Assembly: GCA_017499595.2 (NCBI GenBank)
Contig: CM039002.1
Location: 3,162,001 to 3,226,000 of the forward strand
DNA from: Psilocybe cubensis
Taxonomy: Eukaryota
Direction: 5' to 3'
Length of the DNA: 64,000 nucleotides
The notes beneath the pieces were generated by a model. It ran no database searches, had not been told where the DNA came from, and worked only from the letters and a program-made list of their open reading frames with translations. How positions within the stretch are numbered: position 1 is the stretch's first letter; each line of letters opens with the position of its first letter. Below, in pieces: positions 46,374 through 57,160 of this stretch. The position numbers and the translations under genes are program-made.

Positions 46374-48773
46374 CACGGGGGGCAAAGTCCAGCACGGTAG
46401 AATTTCAACCGTGCCCGTTGCGGTTGAGATTCGAGTGAACAAAGGCGGGCCAGATTTCAGTTGGAGATTTAAATATTTAATCAGCGTAAGACTTGTTATT
46501 CTCAACATGACTTCACCTCATATTTTGCTGTTCAAAAGAGTCATGGTGAATATTATGCAAAACTCCAAAGATTAACAGATAAATAGGGAGCTAATACATA
46601 TACTTAACACTGCTGGCACTGATACATATTTGATAGAACATCAGCAAAAGTGCTCGGATCCCCAAATGCCTTGACAAGGCATTTGGAGGCGTCCAAAGGC
46701 CCCAATGCCCGAAAGGCATTGTGCGGTTCGTAACGAGAGACTCCGAAGACTGAAAGGCTTCGAATTATTTATTCCAAGCAAATGATTTAGGTAGTCCTAA
46801 ATATAGCCAAATCATTTGGTTAAAATTTGAGAGTGTCCGTAACATTTAGGAAACATTTGGGAGTCCCAAAAACATTTGGCAAACATTTGCCAGTGTTTAA
46901 ATGTTTTACACAGTTCACATGGTTCATTATTTAGTGGATCCCTCAGATTATCATAGCAAGTAAAAAGAACTTGTTGCATTAAGAAAACTTATACTACAAC
47001 ATGACTCCAAAAGGTACAGAGAAGCGAGAAAGTGGTTAAATAACAAAATGATGCTGAGACAATGTCATCAATAGATGGTACCCATGAATTATAGGAGCTA
47101 CTTTGGTTGCATGATGTAAGCAAGGTGTGTGTGCAGAAGTGCGCATATACTCACCTAAAAGTTTGGGAACTAGTGAATGATTATATACCAAGCCGGATAT
47201 CCAGTAGATCTAAGGCAGAAGGAGAACGGTCTACGGAAAGGCAGATACATGGTCAGTTGAGGATGATCTAATCAGAAAGGAAGTGGCAGAATTACCTGTG
47301 AGTTAGATTCAGCTATGATATACGAAGACTTAGAGTTGAAAAGTCCAAGCCCAAGTCCCACCAAGCGTCGCCGGAGTAGTGAACATGAGAGTATGTGGAA
47401 AGAAAGAAACGGGGGTTGAAAGAGATTATTATGCACAAACAAACAAATATTTGATCTCCGATTCACTCCGATTCACGCTGATCGCATTGTGACTTCGTTG
47501 ACAGTCGAGAAATTGTACAGACCGGGTGACCAACTGTACAGAATTCTAATTAGAACTAATGTGGCTGTATAGCCAGTAAATTTTGGTGTGGATGAATTAT
47601 TTCATCAGCATTTGAAAGTCCTGTAAACATTTCTCATAACCGAAGTGTAAAACCAAATGTTTTGTGACCTCTTTTAATTTTGTTAAATGATTCCTTCAAG
47701 GTTGCACAGTGTACAAATTTTTTTTGTAAATTGTAGTTACTAGAAATTATTTGGTGCTTGTTTTGTGCTTCAAAAATGTTGGTGGGGCCTCCAAATGACC
47801 ACCAAATGATTTGAGTGTTCCCAAATGTTGCCCAAATGTTTTGCGTGACATTACTGTATCACGTAAAACATTGGCATGCCTTATAAGGCTCCCAAGGCAT
47901 TTGGGGGTCTGGTCACTTTTGCTGATGAAAAATATGTATCGGTAATTATGTTTCCTGTTGGTTTTTGATGTATTTTTCTCGTATATAGAGTCCGGGGTTA
48001 CCCAATTAGGGAAGCCCAAAGCCTATATTCCAATAAAATACATCAAAAAAATGTAGGAAACATAATTACTGGGTCTTATTTTCTTTGAAAATATGTATGA
48101 GCGCCAGTGGTGTAAGTTTGTCTTATGCTTCCTATTAGTATGTAGATACCTTAATTTGGAGGCCTATTCAGCAATAACTACCTTAACTACACATACTGCT
48201 CTGCAACAACTATCTGTGAGCCGAAAGCTTGATCATATCCTGTGAAACTATATGGTATTAGTTAGGCAGCTTGTGTCATAGTTTAAATGTATTTTGAACT
48301 TTATTATGCTTTGAATTGGCACCGACAATTATGCTGAAGAATATGATAAAATAAAATCAATTGAGGATCAATTGCTCTAGCAGTATTTTTGGCAGTAAAA
48401 TAATTATATAGAGTGTCTTTAGAATATTCTCAAGGTGTACTACAGTTGGAATTGAGGTTACTGAGATACATCCACTCCTAATTACTTTTAAATGCAGAAG
48501 CAATAATATGCCACTGCTAATTGGAACACTATCACCAATCCATTGGCACTGTGGGCTTTAAAACTCAAATCAAACTCTTAGAGCATATTTATACTAAAAT
48601 TTACATCAATAACATTAAGGTGTACATTGTTGCTACATCTAGAAAATATAATACACACAATTTCGTTGGCAAAGTGTGCTTGTGGAATGACATCAGCTTG
48701 ATTACGTGGTCCCAAAATCTCAACCGTGACGGGCACGGTTGAATTTTGACCGTGCTGGACTTTGCCTCCCGTG
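46374..48773. mobile_element. 2.4-kb non-autonomous TIR element (CACGG...CCGTG)
   Basis: ~58-bp imperfect TIRs (CACGGG.GGCAAAGTCCAGCACGGT...CAACCGTGCCCGT..CGGTTGAGATT); the empty site CCGCCGTGTATGCTGC is present in the paralogous segment at ~57346-57361. Confidence 0.88.
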
Positions 48774-49329
48774 ACGTATGCTGCAAGCTTTTGAATCTTA
48801 CTCAACTTTTGAAATGATGTGAATCTCTGTGGTTGCAAAGATGTTTTTCTGGACCTTTCTAGTCTGTCACACTGCTTAGCTATTACAAGGTGTTGTGGTC
48901 TGCTGTTGGGCTTGTATCTGGCGTAAATGGTCGATAAATGGTGCGCCTTGTTCTTGAATAGGACCCGACCCTTTGTACTTATTTCTTCTTTTCGGTGAAG
49001 GACCTTCAGTGACTGTTGCTATAACAGCCATAATGTTCAATGCCTATTCCTTTAAAATGTGATAAATCGCAAAAAATTGCACCATCGGTGCCCCCGTGCA
49101 AGGCTAGAGGATGCAGGTTGTTCGTGGCAATGACGGCGACGCGGTCATGTCCACTATTATGAGTAAGTCCGTAGATGTGTTAATATTTCAATGTTAACTT
49201 GGCTTGCAGATATATCTTCCATCGCTACTGCGACAGTGCTGCAGTCAATGCACACAGTTGGTAAGCTTTCTTGACCACAACTTTTGTAAAGATTCTGAAT
49301 TTAGGCGGTCAGGGCGCACAATTTCTCTC

Positions 49330-50631
49330 ATGTTAATTGGAAAGAAAACGGGTATCGACGACCTCCCTGATGAACTGATCCGGGAGATCATGTTTACCAT
49401 AATGGAGCCCTCGACGCGATCAGAGAAAGTGGATGACAAACTGTCAATAATCAGTCCCATCGTCTCTGAAAACAACCCCATTACACCCTTCCCGCTGACA
49501 AGAGTGTGCCGTCGGTGGAGGCGTATCGCATGTACCACAAAATCTCTATGGAAGTCCATTGCCATTATTGAACCATCCTTCAAACATGTCCATCGTGTCA
49601 AATTGTGGCTTACCTATGGAGACGGATACAAGCTCGACATCATGCTTCGCCAATCATACTCTGTGGGAGACGAAGAACGTCGCGCGACTGCCGAAATTCT
49701 CGCTATGCTCGTCCAACGCGTCCAGAAGTGGTCCAATGTTGAATTTCACTTTACCGAGAACGAACTCCCTTCGTTGATCGCTCATCACATACACATGATC
49801 CGCCACCCTAATCCTTCTATGTTGCAGACAGCTATTTTCTCCCACCAATCTCGACATATGGACATAAGAGAACGGGCCAGGGACGTGTGGGGGTCGCTCC
49901 AGGAGACCACATTGAAGCATCTTAAATGGATATCCCCTGCACCCGCCATGGCATTCTCAAGCGCCAACATTCAGACACTCAACACATCTTGTTTCACCTT
50001 TCAAGTTTTACTCGATACCTTAAGATTGTGTCCCAACCTTTCCTCAATTGATGTTGAATTGCTGAACGTACCCCCGATGGATGCCGACCATCTAGAATAT
50101 CGTGTGGAGTATCCCAACCTTCGCAGCGTTGCCATGAAAGGCCACAAGACGGACATTGCCACCTTCCTGCGCCTACATTGCCTCCCGTCGCTTACTAGCC
50201 TCGAACTTGACCCGATTGATGTCACCTCCTTTATACATCTGCGGGGGCTTATCTTGCGATCCGAGTGTACTCTACGGCAGCTGGCGCTTGAGGTGCGAAA
50301 TGTTCAGGCCTTAGATGTCGCTGGATGGCTCGAACAAGACTTCTTTCAAGAACTAGAGACGCTCTCTATATCTGGCGCCGAGATCAACGACCACGTCCTA
50401 TTTATGCTCACCTGTCCACCACTGCGGGGGAACCGGCCGACGTATTTTGAAAAGCTCAAGTTTCTGTTTTTGGGCCAGTTGATGTCTAATGTCGATGACG
50501 GCACTTTTCTTCGAATGTTGGGCTCGCGATCAAGGTGCACCGCCCAAGACCGAGTTGGAGAAGGCTGCCACGAATATGAAGTTATGATCAACTCATGTGC
50601 TGAAAGTGGGCTTTGTATTGATTTTGCTTGA
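49330..50631 (+). CDS. F-box/LRR-like protein, copy A (C-terminus altered by deletions)
   Basis: IDDLPDELIREIM..PFPLTRVCRRWRRIACTTKSLW; LCPNLSSI, YPNLRSV, LPSLTSL repeats; ATG of MLIGKK at 49330; near-identical to 57894-59273. Confidence 0.8.
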   Translation: MLIGKKTGIDDLPDELIREIMFTIMEPSTRSEKVDDKLSIISPIVSENNPITPFPLTRVCRRWRRIACTTKSLWKSIAIIEPSFKHVHRVKLWLTYGDGYKLDIMLRQSYSVGDEERRATAEILAMLVQRVQKWSNVEFHFTENELPSLIAHHIHMIRHPNPSMLQTAIFSHQSRHMDIRERARDVWGSLQETTLKHLKWISPAPAMAFSSANIQTLNTSCFTFQVLLDTLRLCPNLSSIDVELLNVPPMDADHLEYRVEYPNLRSVAMKGHKTDIATFLRLHCLPSLTSLELDPIDVTSFIHLRGLILRSECTLRQLALEVRNVQALDVAGWLEQDFFQELETLSISGAEINDHVLFMLTCPPLRGNRPTYFEKLKFLFLGQLMSNVDDGTFLRMLGSRSRCTAQDRVGEGCHEYEVMINSCAESGLCIDFA

Positions 50632-50889
50632 TTTCCTTTCTTTGTATTTTTATCTGTTTTCCTTGCTTTCTTGTCTGTTTTCTTGTGATTGAGCTAGTAC
50701 AAAAAAGGCAAAATTTATTTATAACGCAAAAAAACAGCCTTGTCCAAAACTTTCAACCCTCTTCTAGCTACAAAATTCAAGGGTTTCCCCTCCCCCGAAG
50801 GGCAGGTAAACAGAGCGACGGGGTTTGGGTTCCCCGCCGCAAGGTGGTAAGTGCATAGACAGGAAGATCACTAAGCAGTGTCAAACCTG

Positions 50890-51835
50890 TGACTCCGCTC
50901 GGCGGAAATCCGTACATAGCGTAAGTCAGTCACAACATCTTACACCTTGAAAGGCACAACTGGGTCAAGACCAGAATCAAGGTATTGTGCCGGTGAGATC
51001 TACACGCAAATATGAGTTGAAATCACCGTTGGGACATAGCATGAAGTAAAAACCCACTCGCCGGAAGTCAATATATGGTGTCAATGGCAAATCTGCCTAA
51101 AATTCATTACCACTCGCTGGGTGTCAAGTCCAAACCTGCTCGGCGGACGTTGATACATAGCGTCAACGTCAAATCTGCCCAAAGGTCAGTGATAATACAA
51201 TGGCGCATACCATAAAAGACAAACCCTAGTCTCGAGTCCAAATCCGCTCACCCGAAGGGTGTCAAGTCAAATCTAACCAAAGGTTAGTGAGATTCATCAC
51301 AGTAGCCATCAATGGTACGTACTATAAAACAACAAACCCCGTCTTTTATGGTGTTGAATCCAAACCCCGCTCGGCGGACGTCGATACATAGTCTCAAGTC
51401 AAAATCTACCCAAACGTCAGTGAGATAAATCACAGTAAATATCAATGGCACGTACCGTAAAGCACAAACCCTGCTCGCCGGAACTAGTGTCGAGTCCAAA
51501 CTCGTTCGCCGGAAGTCGATACATAGTGACAACGTCAAATCTCTCCAAAGGTCAGTCAGATTAGTCCAAACCCCGCTCGGCGGACGTTGATACATAGTGT
51601 CATGTCAAATCTACCCAAAGGTCAGTCAGATTAATCAAGGTAGTCATCCATTGTACGTACCATAAACACCAAACCCCACTCGCCGTAGTGTCACCCCGCT
51701 CCGCGGACGTCGATACATAGTGTCGACGTCAAATCTACTCAAAGGTCAGTGAAATAAATCATGGTACACGGTGGCACATACCATAAAGCACGAAACCCCC
51801 GCTCGCCGGAACTCGATACATAGCGTCAAAGCAAA
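50890..51835. repeat. Degenerate tandem array, about 10 units
   Basis: Recurring core AAACCCCGCTCGGCGGACGTCGATACATAGTGTCAAGTCAAATCTACCCAAAGGTCAGT with irregular spacing. Confidence 0.85.
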
Positions 51836-54769
51836 ACCTAGAACCAAAATGTCAGCACTGGCTCATACTCCACACGACAGAAACTTACTCGACTTGACGT
51901 ATCAGCAGTCGACCTTGATGGTGGTGGTCAAGATAGAAGCAAGAGAAGTGGGACGAGCATTGGGTTTGTTTGGCACACCATCAGCTGACAGCCGGACGTC
52001 CATACTGACAGCATGGGCACAACAACAATCTCCCCCCAAACCCTCCCCTCTTTATACCTTTTCCATCCCCAATTTTTTTCAATCATGTAATCTCCTCATA
52101 TTGTTCTAGCCTCATCATTTTCATTAGCACCCATGAACCACAGCAACCTCGCTTCCGCATATTTCAGCATGCCATAAATTCACCTAATAGGAGTATCTTC
52201 AATTTTTCAGTCCACCGCATATTTCCTGTAGATTTCCATGCAAACTTCAAGGCTAGAAACTTTTTTCACCTTGCACAAGTTCCAGGCCTATACAGCAAGT
52301 CACAACTCGCCTGTACTACACATTTTCTTCCAGAGGCAAGCACACTCTCCATTGCGGCATTCATTTATTAGTAACCCTTTACACATCATCTAGCTCTGAT
52401 CACCGGTGTTCTTTCAACCAACTGAGCATGCAACGTATTGCAAAATATCACTCTCTTACGATACATAGTAAGAAACACCTCAACATCTAGCTCGGATTTT
52501 TCAATCAATTGAGCTAATGTCCCCAAACTTTCGTTTATCTCACAATTTACGCCTGCATGGCCATTGACGTAGATCGCAATCCAGCTTTTGTGCACCGTCT
52601 TGACCTGTACGCGCCGCCATTTTCTGTCAGAAAACCAACACCACGTAGCGCCTAACCGCCCGAACTCTTCATTTTAGGCTTCTCGCCGTACGCACTCCTT
52701 CACGTCACCTGGTCAGTGCGCGCCCGAGTTACACGCCCAACCGCAACCAGGCACATTCCCGACGACTTCTCGTCTCGATCGACACTCTACAATCGCGATT
52801 CAGATCCGTACGTACAGACGCGACGCGCCCGACTCCTATTTTGGTTTAGCCCGTGTTCCTGACATCAAAAACTCAAAATTCACGTCTATTCCTACAGATT
52901 TCGAACCGCTGAAATTCGCTCAGAGCAGTCAATATGACGCAGCTCGCAGACGTGCGTACCTGAGCAATTTTAGCAGGTCATATTTTGACTTTGTTTTAGT
53001 CCGTGAACTCAACATTTGCGTCTATTTCTAAAGGTTTGGAACACCGGCATTACGTTCAAGGGAGGCTGTCGACACAAACAGGCGTAAAGTGTGTATCTTA
53101 GGGTTTACCTGTAGATAACGATTGGCTGCGCGAGTGTTGTAACACTTAATTTCACTTTTTGTAACCCGTAACGTTCCTATGATACTCTTTCGAGTTCCAA
53201 TACCCGCGGCATCGTAATCCCTCCTGTCCCGAATCGCTACTGCACGTTTCCCATCGACTGACTTCCGGATATAGATTAGATTACAATATCTCGGCATTGA
53301 AATCTATGTTCAAACACGGATACGTGACAGATGTTCCCGACCCGTTTGACGGATTTTACACATTTCTGAGCCTCCAAGCGATTCTATTCTCTAGTATATT
53401 GTGTGTAGATTACGTAGATATGTACTATGAGATGTCTACATGTGCAGAAAGTGCCATACGAGAGACCGATTTGCAAAAATAGACAATTTTGAACATTACC
53501 CTTGAAATGTCGATTTTACGCAGTTTCAGGCATTCTAATGAATATCATCGTACTTGAGGGTATTCTACAGAGGGTATTAACAGTGTCTATTAATAAATTT
53601 GGTCAACTCGATTGAAATTTGAGAAATGAAACGTTAAGCGCCCAACGGCCTCCATTTGCATTCAAATGCAAATACACGCAAAAACACTCACATTTACACA
53701 ATGGGTACCCTCTACACTGGCATAGGGGGTATTCTAACTCCTATGACACCCACCAAACACCAGAAAGTGCCCGCCAACGAACCACAACTCGTCAACTTCA
53801 CCATCACGTATGTGCACATCCTCCTCCTCCCCAAATTCCGTATTCCAGCCCATTTCAACCGTCTCCATTCATTTAGACCTTGCTTCTAGACTCACGTAAG
53901 CCTACTCGGCTCGGCCCCGCCCTATTCCGAGACCTAGAAGCAACGTTGAAATGAGTGCAACGCGATCCTCCTCGACGGCGAATACATACGTGGCGTGCAT
54001 TTCCGGCCAATTCCACCGTTTTCCGTGGCTCTATGTGGTTTATGGCACTTTATAGGGGTTACTGAAGACCGTGGTAAGCAAATGTAATTGAAATTTGAAG
54101 TGCAGGGTTGCGAATATTTCAAAATTTTGTCATTGAACCATACTCACCGAAATATGTTGTTTTTGAGGAGATACTGCAAGCTCCTTTTTAGATAGGGGTA
54201 TAGTAGAATGTGAATGGATCGCTCAAGTTTAGGCTCTGAGATGTAGGATTGTCCGAGACAGCAAACCGCGTCGCACAAACAATAAGCGCCGGAATCAGAA
54301 TCACATTAAAAGCTCGGTACACCTCTCCAACTGCACTTTTTCAGCTATATCATACACACCCCCACGCATTCTATCTATCCCACTCATCGTTAACCATCTC
54401 TCAGCAAACTTACTAGCAGAAACCCAAATATCCGGACATAGTCCTCCCCCTCCCCCAAATCACACATAACAGCATTTCGCATCGTTTCCTTTCAATTCCG
54501 GATCCACCGGACCTACTAGCGCTCTGCTAGTGCTCGGCTAACATACCGTAACGCAATCTAGAGCGGCGTTTCCGTCTCCATCGAAGAGGAAGAATCAGAT
54601 ATTCAGAATTAGCAATGTGGTGCGTTTCTCGTTGATTTCAAAGGAGTACGTACAGTGGTTTGAGGTAGCGTAGAGGCCGAGTACGTACGAGTTCCCGAGT
54701 CATTGAAATGTTCGGTGCTCGGATTTGTATGGAATGTGATTACGGGCTTTTCATGAGAATACGGAAACT

Positions 54770-54915
54770 ATCAACCGACTCTGTGTTGAAGCTGGAAAGT
54801 AATCATGTTCTTTCATTGTGCTGAAGCTGAAAATCAACCGCGTCCATTTCATCGACTGACTGTTTTGAAGCTGAAAAGTAACCACATTCATTTCATTGAC
54901 TGACTGTTTTAAAGT
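54770..54915. repeat. Short imperfect tandem repeat
   Basis: Repeated TGAAGCTG.AAAGTAA.CA..TTC.TTTCATTG / GACTGACTGTTTT blocks. Confidence 0.6.
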
Positions 54916-55489
54916 TGCTGAGAATCTGAACGTGCAGACAAGTTAGTGACATTGAAACCCGGCATGTTCAACTCGCATTTGCATTGAATCTCAGTTGAAA
55001 TCTCGTGTTGCAATGATTTCCCCCAACAAACTATCTATTCCAATGAATAAATGTTTGCCATAACGATACGAAACGAGAAGAGCGGCGTCTCGCTTAGAGA
55101 GATACGGAGAGCGAGGAAGAAAAAATGTATATTCGGGAGCAACGTAACAAGATACGTACAGAGGGGTATATAAAGGGTACGTACCAAAGCTGGATTCTTC
55201 ATTCCCTCTCCTCTCATCCCTTCAGCTCTCCTCTCCTCTCTGCTCACACCTACTCTCACGCCATGCTATACCCGATCCCGCCGAGCGCCCTGCTAGATGC
55301 ACAAGGTAAGCCTTTGCATTGCTCGACGTGGCCTCTGACTGACGCATGGTTCTCCAGTGCTGATGCGCTGTATTGCTCCGGTGAGTCTGCAAGCTCAGAA
55401 GGCCCCGAGTGTCGATGGTACTTGGCACGTTCGACGTGTTCTGCCTGACTGGCGGGACTTTGATGAGTCCTGCACATGCTCAAACACCC

Positions 55490-57045
55490 CGAGAAGACCA
55501 CTCCGTGGCATTGCATTTTTCTCAGCGGTGAGTCTACCCTCTGTTCTCAAAGTTGCCCCGAGCATTGACACGAATTGTCCATGCGTTGCCGCTGCCTTGT
55601 TCGACACGAAGATGTAGCCTTGAAGCGGATAGACGACTGCGAGGATATTCACAGTGAGTGTTAGCCTTTTTACACACAAAGACAGTGTTGACGCACCGCT
55701 GCACAGTGTACCAACCACGCTGTCGCTCGTCATTGCACCTCCTACCGTCCCTGACAACGGCGTCGGTGATGAGACTCGGAGGTTGCTCCATCGAGGGACT
55801 TGGATAAACACAGCGAATCGGCGTAAGTAAACGTCAAGTTCTTTGATGCACACAAAGGCAGTCTGACACACCGATGCATAGCGTACAAACCAAACCTCGC
55901 ATCGCACTTTCACGGCCTGATCCCTGACGAGGACGTTGATGTCAACACTGAGGGGATGGTGGCAGATCGTTTGGGCGGTGTTCCGGTCAGAGGTTGGAGA
56001 ACTGGCTGTATAACTTGGAGAGTGAGTGGCAGTTTTGTTAGAACACAAGACAACACTGACGCACCACGGACAGCACCTGTACTCTCACTGCATGATAACA
56101 CCAATCGTTGTTGATGAATCGCGGGGTGTGATATGGATGGTGACCTGTTGATGTGGACTAACAATGCAAATCCGGTCCCTGCTCTGAAGTCCCGGGGACA
56201 TTGCAGATGGCCTGAATTCACAAGAAAACATGTGGAGGATGGGCTGCGCGGTCTACTCCGTGTGCATAGAACGAGGCATTGCATTTTGGTCATCGGTGAG
56301 TCTGCCCCTTGTTCTGATTGCCCCGAGCATTGACACGCATTCGTCATGCCTTGCCGCTGCCTTGTTTGACACGAAGACGCACCCTTGAAGCGGATAGACG
56401 ACTGCGAGGATATTCACAGTGAGTGTTAACCTTTTTACACACAAAGATAGTGTTGACGCACCGCTGTACAGTGTACCAACCACCACGTATCGTTGTCGCT
56501 TGCCATTGCACCTCCTATCATCCCTGACGACGACGGCGTCGCTGATGAGAATCGGAGGCTGCTGGCAGGCGCAGCATCGAAGGATGCGCATAAATACAAC
56601 GAGTCGGCGTAAGTAAATGTTAGCTTGTTTGACGCACACAAAGCCAGCACTGACGGACCAATGCATAGCGTACAACTAACCCTCGCATCGCACTTTCACA
56701 GCCTAATGCCTTATGAGGACGTTGTTGTCAAGACTGAGGGGTTGGAGGCAGACGATTTGCTCGGCGGGTTTGGGCGGGAACGGCGAGTGGTTTGTGCATT
56801 CGCTGTGTAACGTGGAGAGTGAGTGTTAGCATTGTCGCCGTAGAAGAAAGTGAGGATAACACACCTTGCACAGTGCCCTTTACTCTCACCCAGCTCATTC
56901 ATGCCGTAGTTCACGAGGGAAGAGGAGGGGGTTTGGATAGTCTGAACGGGAGCTCAGTCCTTGAGGCGGAATTGCAAGAGAGTGGTGGATATTGCAGGTG
57001 ATCTGTGTTGACGAGAGAATGTGTTGAGGATGGGCTGCGCGGTCC
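55490..57045. repeat. Diverged tandem duplication, two units of ~770-790 bp
   Basis: GGCATTGCATTTT at 55507/56275, CCTTGAAGCGGATAGACGACTGCGAGGATATTCACAGTGAGTG in both units, GAGGATGGGCTGCGCGGTC at ~56235/57026. Confidence 0.85.
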
Positions 57046-57160
57046 ATGGCAGCGGCGACGGATGGGAGAGGTCTGGTGGACATTGGTTTTCGGTCCATGG
57101 AGCGGTGCTACGCGCTGGATTAGGTGCACTCACGAGGACGGACAAGCGAGAGCCAACTTG

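Noticed and set aside
49204-49329. N-terminal extensions of the F-box ORFs in the track (also 57822-57893)
   Set aside because: TTG starts, one of them at an apparent intron acceptor; the ATG of MLIGKK just before the F-box is more plausible.
50690-50860. Helitron call for the filler block
   Set aside because: Hairpins are present but no convincing 5' TC, 3' CTRR or A/T target; no Rep/helicase remnant.
50890-51835. CRISPR-like appearance of the repeat array
   Set aside because: Eukaryotic context, degenerate units, related rather than unique spacers, no cas genes.
56540-56600. Hammerhead ribozyme core (CTGATGA)
   Set aside because: No correctly placed GAAA or flanking stems.
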